A stretch of 64,000 nucleotides of DNA, from assembly GCA_051439605.1 (NCBI GenBank), contig JBFRWN010000124.1:128001-192000 (forward strand). The letters are read 5' to 3'. Of this stretch, positions 45,315-57,023 are shown one piece after another; within the stretch, counting starts at the first letter, position 1; every line of letters begins with the position of its first letter. The translations under genes and the position numbers were made by a program. This DNA is from Synechococcus sp. GTDB taxonomy: Bacteria > Cyanobacteriota > Cyanobacteriia > Thermostichales > PCC-7336. A model generated the notes under the pieces. It ran no database searches. It worked only from the letters and a program-made list of their open reading frames with translations, and was not told the DNA's origin.

Positions 45315-46049
45315 TCAACCTCCGTTGGGATTGTAAGGGGTCTCGACAAAGCCCAACTCATACAGCTGGTTATAAGCCCGTTGCCCCAAGTCTCGAGTGG
45401 GATTCTGGCTGGATATGACTTGGATTAACTGGGCTACAGCATCCTCCGGTCGACCAGCAGCTCGGTATACAACGGCTAGCTCGAAAGATGTTTCATCGCG
45501 AGACTGGGCGGCTGCTCGGGCGGCATTACGTAGACTATCTGAAATGCGATTGTCTATACCTGCAAAGCTTTTAGACAGTTCTTGGTAGTAGTTAGAGCGC
45601 AAATTAAATGCGTTAAAGGCTTCTTCTAACAGACCGATCGCTTGGTCAAAATTTTGAGCTGCAATAGCAGAGCGGCTTTGAGCAAGCAGCTCTTCTGCCC
45701 TTAAGAGACTCAGGCTGCTATCTGCCTGTTCCAGGGATCTAAACTGTTGAGGATCGGGGATTTCTGTTCCAGTTCGAGTGGGGGCGTCCTCTTCGGTGGG
45801 GACGTTCTCTCCTATGGGGGCGTTCTCTTCAGTGTCAGTTGGGACATCCTCTGATTGGGCAACGATCGTATTAGGATTGCGAGACATTTGCCAAGGTTCT
45901 GCGGTTACCGAAGGGAGCATCAACCCGGACCCAATCGCGACTATCGCTGCTAGGCCTGCAGAGTAAAAGAGCGCAAAAGGTAAGGACAGCCGATGGCGAA
46001 TGGATTCACTAGCCGCAAGACTCGTCTTCAGCAAAGGCATATTGGACAC
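45315..46049 (-). CDS. conserved cyanobacterial exported TPR-like protein
   Basis: Hydrophobic N-terminal segment; SFAGID, LA.VYRA...PE.AV, SQNPTRDLG..AY.QL.ELGFV; start uncertain. Confidence 0.7.
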   Translation of the reverse strand: MSNMPLLKTSLAASESIRHRLSLPFALFYSAGLAAIVAIGSGLMLPSVTAEPWQMSRNPNTIVAQSEDVPTDTEENAPIGENVPTEEDAPTRTGTEIPDPQQFRSLEQADSSLSLLRAEELLAQSRSAIAAQNFDQAIGLLEEAFNAFNLRSNYYQELSKSFAGIDNRISDSLRNAARAAAQSRDETSFELAVVYRAAGRPEDAVAQLIQVISSQNPTRDLGQRAYNQLYELGFVETPYNPNGG

Positions 46050-46454
46050 TCCAACACAGTGGACAGTAGATAATTATGGCACCTGGCAACAGCTCGCTTC
46101 GCGTCGTCCATGCTTGATGAATCAAACTACTGAAATGGAAGCGGCAAGGCTTGAGCCCCTTGGAGCTGGATTCAAAATTAAGGCTTATTCACGCACAAGG
46201 TATCGTATCACCCAGGAGAGTGCTGTAGGGTTGAGGCTCTCTCGAATACTGTTTTGTAACGTTCGTCAGTTCACTAAAAAAGGCAGAGACTTATGGCTCG
46301 CGAATAATATTCAAGGGCTGAACGACTGCGATGGCTTTTCCTTACACTTCTATAGACTTGTTTCCATTTCAACTGGAACATCTAGCTTTGTAAACGATAA
46401 GGGTTTCGCGACTTGAAAGGTTCCAAGTGACTTGACGGTCGTCAGAACACCAAA

Positions 46455-46476
46455 CGCCGAGGCAATTGCCTCGGCG
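46455..46476 (-). terminator. palindrome/terminator downstream of groEL
   Basis: cgccgaggcaattgcctcggcg is a perfect 22-bp palindrome, followed by TTT on the minus strand. Confidence 0.65.
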
Positions 46477-46618
46477 AATGTTTGTCTAATCCAATCCAAC
46501 AATGTGAACCGGATAGCTGCTGAATCAGAACACAGGTCCGATTCAGTAAGAAGCAGGAATGAGATCGGGAACTATGACCTGTGCTGACCCCCAAGCATCT
46601 TGTTCACGGAGAATAGGA

Positions 46619-48307
<1,689 letters not shown>

Positions 48308-48453
48308 TCAATGTTTTTGGGTCGTTAGTTCGCAGTGTGGAAATCCCTTTGGCTCGCGTGCTGGCCATTTGAGCTGGAGCTGGAACGCCCGAATACCGCT
48401 TGCGTTGCGTTGGGATTTTCATTCCTTAGACTGACTATCACTGGTGATGTCAA

Positions 48454-48765
48454 CTACTCGACAATTGCCAGAATGTCTTTCTCGGCCAGCAAAATGTGTT
48501 CGTCTCCAGCCAGTTTGAGCTCGGTGCCTGCATACTTGCCGTACAGCACCTTGCTACCCACTGCAACCTCAGGGGCTACGCGATCGCCCTTATCGTTGAC
48601 ATGGCCGGGGCCAACGGCAACCACTTCACCCACTTGGGGTTTTTCCTTGGCGGAATCGGGCAACAAAATACCGCCTGCAGTCTTTTCCTCTTGGGAGGCA
48701 ACTTTCAAGAGTACGCGATCGCCCAAGGGCTTGAGGGTGGTGGTGGACAAACTCAGACTAGCCAT
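48454..48765 (-). CDS. groES: co-chaperonin GroES
   Basis: [30 protein letters not shown]; start MASL at 48765. Confidence 0.97.
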   Translation of the reverse strand: MASLSLSTTTLKPLGDRVLLKVASQEEKTAGGILLPDSAKEKPQVGEVVAVGPGHVNDKGDRVAPEVAVGSKVLYGKYAGTELKLAGDEHILLAEKDILAIVE

Positions 48766-48832
48766 ACCAGCAGTGTTTCCTATTATGGTGAGATGTCTTT
48801 GAAAAATGACGTTTGCAGAAGATAACTCGGGG

Positions 48833-48859
48833 TTAGCACTCTCCTGCTTCGAGTGCCAA
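48833..48859. promoter_or_regulatory. CIRCE operator (HrcA site)
   Basis: TTAGCACTC-N9-GAGTGCCAA upstream of groES. Confidence 0.93.
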
Positions 48860-49089
48860 TCGTACCCCACCCAACTCCCCCTTCAACCGGCCAAAAGGGG
48901 TAGGGATATCCGTCCGAGTCTCCCAATCGCAGAGGTTGACCTAACTCGTTGGGGGACTTCAACATCCATTCGAGAGGCAGTTCTTTACTTCTGTTGTTAC
49001 GGCACAAGTTAAGGTCGGTTGCACAACACCAACGACTGGAGGGAGAGGTGCTACGGTTGGATCGGCTTCAGCCGGTAATGGAGAGGTGC

Positions 49090-50004
49090 ATGTTTGAGCG
49101 CGTACTGGTGGCGACTGACCTAGAAGATGGCATGTATCGTCTGGGTTTGTGCCTGAAGGATTTTCACGACCATGGGGTAAAGAAGCTGAGCTTTGTTCAT
49201 GCCGTTCCTTGGGGCGATCGCCAAATGGGAGGGGTGCCCGATTCGCTAGATGATGAAATTGCGGCAGCCAGAGCCATCATCTCGAAATATATCGATCCTA
49301 AAGAGACTGAAAAGACGCTCGATCCCAAGATAATTGTCAAGGTTGGTAAGCCAGAGGAAGTGCTGCAACGGGCGATCGAGGAATTGAATGCAGAAGTATT
49401 GGTGCTCGGTCCCCCTGGCCGCAGCCTCTTAGCAGAGAAAGTGTTTGGCAGCACCACTATGAAGCTGATTCAACACCTAAAGATTCCAGTTTTAATTATG
49501 CGGCCCCAACTGGTGGCCAGCATGACAGTAGCAGAGCTGAAGCTTCGATGTGGTCACCTATTTGATTACTTGCTAGTGCCCTGCGATTTGGAAAGCTCTA
49601 GGCAGAGACTTTTAGATATGTTATCGCCAATGCTGTGCAGGCAAACCCGCTGCGAATCGGTGATGCTGATGTCGGTGGTTGATGACTCCAGTCGCCGCTA
49701 CACGGAGGAGGATACAGAAGAACTGTGTAAAGCAGCTGACGCTCAATTGCGGGAATTGGGGGTGTATTTCACCGAGCAGGTGGGCCATCCCCTCTCCATC
49801 GAGTATTCAGTGCGCGTAGGGTCGCCAGTGAAAGAGATTTTGGCAACAGCTCAGGAGGAAGACATCACGGCGATCGCCACCAGTTCCACCAATATTGGCA
49901 AAATTTGGGAATTGACAGTACCGAGTATTACGGGTGAAATACTCCGTCGCAGCTGGCACTCTGTACTCTTTTTCCCACCGGCGTTTGGTAAAGCCTCAGA
50001 TTAA
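49090..50004 (+). CDS. tandem universal stress protein
   Basis: MFERVLVATD, VGKP, FGSTT, second domain VR.GSP...PS; GAGG RBS before ATG 49090. Confidence 0.9.
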   Translation: MFERVLVATDLEDGMYRLGLCLKDFHDHGVKKLSFVHAVPWGDRQMGGVPDSLDDEIAAARAIISKYIDPKETEKTLDPKIIVKVGKPEEVLQRAIEELNAEVLVLGPPGRSLLAEKVFGSTTMKLIQHLKIPVLIMRPQLVASMTVAELKLRCGHLFDYLLVPCDLESSRQRLLDMLSPMLCRQTRCESVMLMSVVDDSSRRYTEEDTEELCKAADAQLRELGVYFTEQVGHPLSIEYSVRVGSPVKEILATAQEEDITAIATSSTNIGKIWELTVPSITGEILRRSWHSVLFFPPAFGKASD

Positions 50005-50148
50005 GGGAGTTGAGGGGCAGTCTTGGTCCGCAGTTCTTTGGGAGTATGCTGTTTCGTTGGGCGGAAGGCTGGTGTTTTCTGCGCCTTCAAGTCAACAATG
50101 GCTATTGAGGGGATATTGCCTTGAACGGAGGCCCACGCCTTCCAATTT

Positions 50149-51897
50149 ATGTCTGTCACAGTTGCAATTCGAGACTTTACAACGGGTGGATGGGTTCATT
50201 TCCCCACAGACCCCCACATTATTCGCGCAGACCGTCTAGTGGACGTTCTACCAGCGCTGAAAGACGTTGAAAGGCTTATCCAACACGAACGCCTCTTTGC
50301 TGTTGGGTTCGTGAGCTACGAGGCATCGTCCGCTTTTGACGAGGTCTTGACTACCAAGGCACCAGCTCCATCATTTCCCCTTCTCTATTTCGCCCTCTGC
50401 GATCGCCTCACCCCCCTGGACTGGCCCGAACAAGTCGAAGAGCAAAGTCAACCCTCCGCTTATCGGCTCACCCCATGGCAGGTAGATGTGCCAAAGAGGC
50501 AGTTTCAGGAGGCGATCGCTCGAATTAAGCAGTACATCCTGCAGGGGGATACGTATCAAGTCAACTACACCTTTCGGCTGCGGTCACAGTTTGAAGGGGA
50601 TACTTGGGCATTGTTTCGGGACTTAGTGGCAGCCCAGAACACCCCCTATTGCACCTACATCGAGGCTGAGGACTTTGCCGTTTGCTCAGCCTCTCCCGAA
50701 CTATTTTTTAAACAGGTGGGCGATCGCATTGAGCTGCGGCCCATGAAGGGGACTGTGGCGAGAGGGAGAACGCTGGAAGAGGATCGCGCCCGGCAGCAGT
50801 GGCTCTGCCAGTCTCCCAAAGACCAGGCAGAAAACCTCATGATCGTGGACATGATCCGCAACGATGTGGGACGTATTGCCGCTGTGGGCAGCGTGCGCGT
50901 GCCGAAGCTGTTTGAGATAGAGCGCTATCCCAGCATTCATCAAATGACCTCGACGGTCACAGCTACAGTGCGGACTCCGCTAACAGAGACGGTACAGACT
51001 TTGTTTCCCTGTGCCTCAATTACGGGTGCCCCTAAGGCTCGAACCATGGAGATTATCACGGAATTAGAAACCTCCCCCCGCAAACTGTATACGGGCAGCA
51101 TTGGTCTCATTCATCCGAACGGAGCCATGCAATTCAACGTGGCCATTCGTACGGTGTTGGTGAATAAGGTCAAGGGGGAGGCGGAATATGGGGTGGGCAG
51201 CGGCATCGTGTGGGATTCCACAAGCGATCGCGAATATGTTGAATGCTTAGAAAAGTCCAAGGTGCTGACCCATCGGCAGCCTCATTTTGCATTGCTGGAA
51301 TCGATCTTGTGGGAGCCTGGCAGCGGATACTTTTTGCTAGATGCCCACTTAGACCGCATGAGACAGTCAGCTGAGTATTTTCAAATCCATCTGGACAGAG
51401 TTGGACTCAACGTTCGCCTACAACAGCTGGCGGATACCCTGCACGTTACCTGCAAAGTTCGTGTAACGCTTTCAACGGATGGAGTCATCGATGTAACCGT
51501 ACATCCTCTGGATCCATTGGGGGTTAAGGCCCCAGTCCAGTTGGCAATAGCTCGGCATCCCATTCGCTCAAACGACAGTTTGTTGTTCCACAAAACCACC
51601 CATCGGGACCTGTATCGCAGTAGATTGGCAGAACATCCGCAGGCCCACGATGTCATCCTGTGGAACGAGCGGGGAGAGATCACGGAGGGATGCTGGGGAA
51701 ATATCGCTATCAAGCGAGGAAAAGAATGGATGACACCTCCCGTAGGGTGTGGATTGTTGGCGGGGGTCTACCGTCAGCATGCGATCGCCTCCGGCAAACT
51801 TCAAGAGACGATTATTTCAGTAGACGAGTTGAAACAATGCGATGGTATTGCCTGGTTTAACTCGGTGCGCAAATGGCACGATGCCATTCTGGGATAG
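50149..51897 (+). CDS. pabB: aminodeoxychorismate synthase component I fused to ADC lyase (PabB-PabC)
   Basis: GDTYQVN, SPELFF, PMKGT, AENLMIVDM.RND, SITGAPK; class IV aminotransferase tail HKTT.R, GLLAGV.R. Confidence 0.9.
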   Translation: MSVTVAIRDFTTGGWVHFPTDPHIIRADRLVDVLPALKDVERLIQHERLFAVGFVSYEASSAFDEVLTTKAPAPSFPLLYFALCDRLTPLDWPEQVEEQSQPSAYRLTPWQVDVPKRQFQEAIARIKQYILQGDTYQVNYTFRLRSQFEGDTWALFRDLVAAQNTPYCTYIEAEDFAVCSASPELFFKQVGDRIELRPMKGTVARGRTLEEDRARQQWLCQSPKDQAENLMIVDMIRNDVGRIAAVGSVRVPKLFEIERYPSIHQMTSTVTATVRTPLTETVQTLFPCASITGAPKARTMEIITELETSPRKLYTGSIGLIHPNGAMQFNVAIRTVLVNKVKGEAEYGVGSGIVWDSTSDREYVECLEKSKVLTHRQPHFALLESILWEPGSGYFLLDAHLDRMRQSAEYFQIHLDRVGLNVRLQQLADTLHVTCKVRVTLSTDGVIDVTVHPLDPLGVKAPVQLAIARHPIRSNDSLLFHKTTHRDLYRSRLAEHPQAHDVILWNERGEITEGCWGNIAIKRGKEWMTPPVGCGLLAGVYRQHAIASGKLQETIISVDELKQCDGIAWFNSVRKWHDAILG

Positions 51898-51951
51898 GCA
51901 CCAAAAACTGTATACAAAAAAATACAACTAGCCTGCTGGAGAATGATTAAT

Positions 51952-52554
51952 TCATGACATAACCTGACGAGCTTCAAAAGCTCTGGCCAACGTTACTTCA
52001 TCCGCATACTCAAGATCGGAACCAATGGGTAACCCAAAGGCTATCCGGGTGACTTTAAGGTTGGGGTTGATTTCTTTGAGAAAGTCTGCCACCACGTGCA
52101 TCGTCACTTCCCCTTCTACGCTGGGACTAATCGCCATGACGATTTCTTCCGGTTTGACGGTTGCTGTGCGTTGGATCAGCTGTCGAACGTTCAGTTGCTC
52201 GGCCCCCACACCGTTCATGGGGGAAATCACTCCCCCCAATACGTGGTACTTGCCTTTGAATTCGCGGGTTTTTTCGATCGCTATCAGATCTCTAGATTCA
52301 GCCACAATACAGATTTGTTTGGGGTCTCGCTGAGGTGAACGACAAATTTCGCAGGGATCGTCAGCGGAAAAATGAAAGCATTGGGAACATTGACCGATCT
52401 GCTGTTTGGCATCCAAGAGGGCCTGTGCGAGGGATTCCACCTCTGCTTTTGGTCGATTGAGCAGGTGTAGGGCAAGACGCTGGGCGGATTTGGGGCCAAT
52501 CCCGGGTAGTTTTTGCAGCTCTTCAATCAGGCGGGCAAGCGGTCGGGTGTACAT
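51952..52554 (-). CDS. recR: recombination protein RecR
   Basis: [14 protein letters not shown]4 zinc finger, [16 protein letters not shown]. Confidence 0.97.
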   Translation of the reverse strand: MYTRPLARLIEELQKLPGIGPKSAQRLALHLLNRPKAEVESLAQALLDAKQQIGQCSQCFHFSADDPCEICRSPQRDPKQICIVAESRDLIAIEKTREFKGKYHVLGGVISPMNGVGAEQLNVRQLIQRTATVKPEEIVMAISPSVEGEVTMHVVADFLKEINPNLKVTRIAFGLPIGSDLEYADEVTLARAFEARQVMS

Positions 52555-52632
52555 ACCGGCAGTGTGTGAGAGGGAAACTCTGTCGAGTTTTCACCCTACT
52601 CTCTAATTCCCCCGATGGGGATAGAGCCAAAT

Positions 52633-52664
52633 GAAAACAAAACTCTCCGCATAGGGCGGAGAGT
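52633..52664 (-). terminator. terminator-like hairpin between ybaB and recR
   Basis: Minus strand ACTCTCCGC-CCTAT-GCGGAGAGT-TTTGTTTT. Confidence 0.7.
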
Positions 52665-52700
52665 GAGGGCAACTGAGTGGAAATTGCGATTGGGTTTGAT

Positions 52701-53033
52701 TTAAAAACCTAGACCGGGGAGATTGCCTAAACCACCGGTTAGCTCCTCCATGCGAGCACGCATCGTCTCGGTGGATTCACCGTAGGCTTTTTGCATGGCC
52801 TCAAAGACGAGAGCCTGCAGCTCTTCAGGAGATTTTTCCATCGCTGCTGGGGCCAGGGTGACGCTACGGGGCTCTTGGTTGCCGCTAACCGTGACTTTCA
52901 CCAAACCATCGCCGGCGTCACCCACAATTTCCATTTCATCCAGCTCAACCTGAAGCTTCTGAGCCCCTTCCTTCACTTCTTGGGCCTTTTTAAGGGCTTC
53001 CTGAATCTTGCCAAAGGGTCCAAATCCTGCCAT
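52701..53033 (-). CDS. ybaB: YbaB/EbfC nucleoid-associated protein
   Basis: KKAQ....A.KLQ.EL, GLVKV..SGNQEP, MEELTGGL; adjacent to recR. Confidence 0.92.
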   Translation of the reverse strand: MAGFGPFGKIQEALKKAQEVKEGAQKLQVELDEMEIVGDAGDGLVKVTVSGNQEPRSVTLAPAAMEKSPEELQALVFEAMQKAYGESTETMRARMEELTGGLGNLPGLGF

Positions 53034-53178
53034 GGGTAGCCTCTATTCACACAACGATTGGGCAAAGTCCAGATGTTATTATGCCACCGCCCCATCCGAG
53101 AAACTGCATTTTCAAACGAAGAGCTATAGAAAGTGGATGAGATCGACTCGACATTGTGGAGTCGAAGCCGTATTGTGC

Positions 53179-53361
53179 TTACGACTGCATGACCAACATC
53201 AAGAGGCGCAAACCGGTAAAGCAACACAAACCGGAGAGGACGCCCACTGACAAGATTTGCATAATCGCAATGTAGATGTCTCGCCGCTCTTGCCCTTGCA
53301 CTGGCGACGTGCTTGTTCTTGCAGGCTGATAAGAATGACGGCGGAATTTGAGCGAGTGCAT
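53179..53361 (-). CDS. 60-aa microprotein with C-terminal TM helix, copy 1
   Basis: MHSLKFRRHSYQ...QILSVGVLSGLCCFTGLRLLMLVMQS; GAGGT RBS; paralog 392 bp away. Confidence 0.8.
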   Translation of the reverse strand: MHSLKFRRHSYQPARTSTSPVQGQERRDIYIAIMQILSVGVLSGLCCFTGLRLLMLVMQS

Positions 53362-53570
53362 GGGGTTGACCTCAACATTGCAACAACTCAAGCATTCCCC
53401 TCTCGAAGACTTAAATTCAAAGAAAAACCTCTTCTCCACCTCCAGCGAAATGGGACGCTACCAACTCATTCACAGGTAACTCGTTGAGAAGGGGGGTCGA
53501 TTGAGGAGTGGTCAAAAAGGGGGACGTCTGAGGATGCGTACAGTTGTAGCGGTACCATGACAGGCTGAAT

Positions 53571-53753
53571 TTACGACTGCATGACTAACATCATGAGGAG
53601 TGAACCGGTAAAGCAACACAAACCGGAGAGGACGCCCACTGACAAGATTTGCGTAATGGCAATGTGGGTGTCTCGCCGCTCTTGGACTTGCGCTGGTGAA
53701 GTGGTGATATTTGCCGACTGGTACGAGCGGCGACGGAATTTGAGCGCGTGCAT
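53571..53753 (-). CDS. 60-aa microprotein with C-terminal TM helix, copy 2
   Basis: MHALKFRRRSYQ...QILSVGVLSGLCCFTGSLLMMLVMQS; same length, RBS and stop as copy 1. Confidence 0.8.
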   Translation of the reverse strand: MHALKFRRRSYQSANITTSPAQVQERRDTHIAITQILSVGVLSGLCCFTGSLLMMLVMQS

Positions 53754-53964
53754 GGGGGTTGACCTCAAATTGAGGGAACGATCTCATCACCCAATCTAGA
53801 GAGCTTTTGGGGATAACGCTCTGACTGTCACTAGGCTTGACCTGATGTTGCGTATCGACATGTTTGGAGTCATTTTGTTGACTGGATGTGTCGAAATTGT
53901 GCGAAATCGAGCCCCCCCAAGGCTGACCCGTTGGTGTGTGGTCGTTAGCTTCCACCAGATGTCG

Positions 53965-55566
53965 CTATTGAGCGATCGCTGCTTCGGGTACGCTCGCCAA
54001 TGCTGGAGTTAGCGGAGTGATAGCGGTGCCGGGATAGTAAAACTGCAGAATATTTTCAGCACTGTATCCCCGGCGAGCGAGATGGTACGACCCATATTGG
54101 CTCATGCCTACACCGTGGCCCAGACCTCCGCCACTGAAGGTATAGCCGGTCAAGGTGCTGCCTCTGTGAATAGGGTCAATGGTGAACAGAAGGCTATAGG
54201 TGGCCCGCAACCCTAGCAATATCGAGTCTTTGCGAAGACGAATGCTGGCAATCGAGTTGTCCGGTTGCCGCAGGTCCAAGCGCATTTCCTGGACGCGGCC
54301 ACTTGGCGATCGCTCTAAAATCTCTAACCCAACAATCTCGTTGTATGCAGGCATCGGCACGCTGAGGTACTTCTGGTTTTCACGCAAATTGCGGGTCAGT
54401 TTCGATAGGGGTTGATCCAGTTCCCAGCGGAAATAATTGGATATTCCCGCCTCGTTAAATCCGTTGCGCAACCGGAGGAATTGTCGAAAATGATTGTCCC
54501 TGGATAAGTCGAGAGGGTTGAGCTGCGGGTTGGGGGAAAGGGTATCGGGGATGGATTGTAGGTAGGGGCGGGATTCACCATCCCAAATATGGGTGAAGGC
54601 GGCAGTGACTCCTCCTGTGGTAGAGGAATAGACAGCATCCACCAGTTGCCCCTGATAGGTGAGCACTTGACCGGAGGTGGCAGCAATGGCGAGATCGGCA
54701 GAATTGATAGTCCCCATAAGTCCTCGATAGACCTGACACTGAGTATCGGCACACAGCTCGTAATTGTCGGGGGCAAACCGGTGGCGATTTTGCAGAGCGT
54801 AGGTGCGAGCCAAGATGGCCTGGGCTTTCACCGCTTCGAAGGGGGCACTTGGACCAATCTCGTGCGGTACCACACCTCGCAGGTAGGTTTCGATGGGGAC
54901 AGAGTTGACAACCGTGAAGGTTCCAAAAGTGTTAGGCTGCAGGGTCAGCTTACCGCCATACAGCTTGCCATTGACCATTAACGGCGACCCCGTGCTGGAA
55001 CGAAGCTCGACCATTTCACCGGTGAAGGTTTCCCCCTGAATTGACCAACTGAGGTGTTGGCGGCTAGAGACCATTGCACTTTCAAGTTTGACCCCAGGAC
55101 GAGCTTGAGATTCAGCCAACGTCAAGATTTGTTGGTAGTCCTCTAAATCGTACAGAGAAGGATCGGCCCACACCTGCCACTCTTCCGGCTGGACCGTTAG
55201 GGTTTCTACTCCCAGTTCTTCCCAACTACGGGCACTGGCGTCGGCACTTTCGAAACTGCGGTGGCGACTGAGAATGAGACGTTGCTCTAGGATCGGTTGC
55301 GGAAGGTACCGATCGGTGGCGTCGATGGTGATTGAGGGAATATTGCGAACCAATTCCTCTCCACCCTCACTGTCATATTCCATTACGACATGTCCGCTCC
55401 CCGTAGCAGAGACAGTCAGGAGATCGCCAGCGTTTTCCCCAAACCGCTGCACGATGCCAATATCGAGTGTGGGGTTGGCAGGGGCAGCAATAGTCGACGC
55501 ACCCCCAATCCCCCCCAACCAGAAGCTGACTCCTACGCCAAGCACCAAACGGCACACTTTCACCAT
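53965..55566 (-). CDS. SpoIID/LytB domain protein
   Basis: IGIVQRFG, ETYLRGVVPHEIG, KAQAILARTYAL, CQVY, GHGVGMSQYG; start uncertain. Confidence 0.9.
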   Translation of the reverse strand: MVKVCRLVLGVGVSFWLGGIGGASTIAAPANPTLDIGIVQRFGENAGDLLTVSATGSGHVVMEYDSEGGEELVRNIPSITIDATDRYLPQPILEQRLILSRHRSFESADASARSWEELGVETLTVQPEEWQVWADPSLYDLEDYQQILTLAESQARPGVKLESAMVSSRQHLSWSIQGETFTGEMVELRSSTGSPLMVNGKLYGGKLTLQPNTFGTFTVVNSVPIETYLRGVVPHEIGPSAPFEAVKAQAILARTYALQNRHRFAPDNYELCADTQCQVYRGLMGTINSADLAIAATSGQVLTYQGQLVDAVYSSTTGGVTAAFTHIWDGESRPYLQSIPDTLSPNPQLNPLDLSRDNHFRQFLRLRNGFNEAGISNYFRWELDQPLSKLTRNLRENQKYLSVPMPAYNEIVGLEILERSPSGRVQEMRLDLRQPDNSIASIRLRKDSILLGLRATYSLLFTIDPIHRGSTLTGYTFSGGGLGHGVGMSQYGSYHLARRGYSAENILQFYYPGTAITPLTPALASVPEAAIAQ

Positions 55567-55780
55567 TTTGACCACCGCGTCACGATTTTTCCATGATGCC
55601 AAGGATTTCTGCAGGTGGCATCGACTCTCGATCGGCACTTGCTTGACTTGAGTTCAATGGCCCTCTCCTGGCTCGGGAAAGGAGAACAAGAGCCACAAAT
55701 GCCTAGGAAGTGGCCCCCCAAAGGCTGGAGTCTCCTTATCGAACAATCTCCCTCAAGAAATGTACCGCCAGCTTCGTTCT

Positions 55781-56923
55781 CTAGGCCACTGAAGTACGGG
55801 GAGTAAAGGCCGAGAGATCGCAAGCCTGGGTTTGTCCCTCCACCAATAAATCCTTCACCACCTGAGCGGTAATGGGAGACAGCAGAACGCCATTTCGATA
55901 ATGCCCCGTCGCCACAATCACGTTTTGGTGCATGGGCGATCGCCCTAAAATCGGAGCCCGCTGTCCCAGCGGTCGTGGCCTCATCCCCCCCCATTGAGAC
56001 AGCAACTCCGCTTCTTGTAATACCGGAAGTAGCGTGGTGGCCTTCCCCATCAATTGCTGCATGCCACCCAAAGTGGGGGTGGCAATGTTGGGCTGAAATT
56101 CCACTGTCGCCCCAATCCAATAGGTGCCATCCGCCAGCGGTACAATGTTAATGTCTCCATCCGTAATGGGTGGTCCATAGGGCAATGGAGAACTGGGGCG
56201 AATGCGCATTGCCTGCCCCTTGACTGGAGTCACCTGAATATCCAATCCCAGCTGATCGCTAAACCCGGCGCTACCTAATCCCGCTGCCACCACAAAGTGG
56301 CTGGCAGATACCGTTTGGTTGGGGGTGTAGAACGCGTTAATCCTGCCCCGCTCTGATTTCAGGCACATCACCGGTTCGTTGAACAAAAACTGCGCCCCGT
56401 TTTGCTTGGCCGCCCGCACCAATGCCTGAAGAAAAGCACGCGGCTCAATTTGACGATCGGCTGGGGAATGAAGCCCCCCCCACTGCCAATTGAGCTCCGG
56501 CTGCAGGCGGTGAATGGCTGCTGCATCTAGCTGATGAATGTCGAATCCTGCTTCTTGGCGGGCAGCGATCGCCTCCTTCCATTGTGGCCAATCTTCGTCA
56601 GGGATGAGGCGTAGCAACCCCTGTCGGTTGACCGGTAGCGAATACCCCAATTGTTCTTCTAGTTCCTGCACCAGTTCTCCAAAGCGCACTAGGCTGGCCA
56701 ACCGCAAATCCACCACCGGCCCATCCGTTTTCTGAGTGCTGACCGCCATCATGACCCCTAGGGCCGCTCCAGACGCCTGTCCTGCTGGAGCCCCCGCATC
56801 CACCGCCACTACCGACAGGGACTGACGTGACAATTCGTAGGCAATGGCTGCCCCCACTACGCCGCATCCAATTACCGCTACATCGCATTTCAACAGCGCA
56901 GTCCTCAGTTCACCACAGGTCAT
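55781..56923 (-). CDS. FAD-dependent oxidoreductase, glycine oxidase ThiO/DAO family
   Basis: VIGCGVVG, ASGAALG, PVKGQ, G.RP, ATGHYRNGVLL.P.TA. Confidence 0.85.
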   Translation of the reverse strand: MTCGELRTALLKCDVAVIGCGVVGAAIAYELSRQSLSVVAVDAGAPAGQASGAALGVMMAVSTQKTDGPVVDLRLASLVRFGELVQELEEQLGYSLPVNRQGLLRLIPDEDWPQWKEAIAARQEAGFDIHQLDAAAIHRLQPELNWQWGGLHSPADRQIEPRAFLQALVRAAKQNGAQFLFNEPVMCLKSERGRINAFYTPNQTVSASHFVVAAGLGSAGFSDQLGLDIQVTPVKGQAMRIRPSSPLPYGPPITDGDINIVPLADGTYWIGATVEFQPNIATPTLGGMQQLMGKATTLLPVLQEAELLSQWGGMRPRPLGQRAPILGRSPMHQNVIVATGHYRNGVLLSPITAQVVKDLLVEGQTQACDLSAFTPRTSVA

Positions 56924-57023
56924 TGTTCACTTAAGCTGCGTATTGGCGCAACCGGACTGAAATAACGGTGCTTTCTTTCCCACTCGATCGAGGTCCTGAT
57001 AGAGCAGTGAAGTATTCTGGGGG

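Noticed and set aside
45775..45855. Short E(D/N)(V/A)P(T/I) repeats in the TPR-like protein
   Set aside because: Ordinary low-complexity linker after the signal peptide.
46000..46416. 138-aa plus-strand ORF between the TPR-like gene and groEL
   Set aside because: Overlaps the start of a real gene, non-protein-like composition, no RBS.
53512..53955. 147-aa alternate-frame ORF over microprotein copy 2
   Set aside because: Not preserved in copy 1; RBS, start, stop and synonymous changes all support the 60-aa frame.
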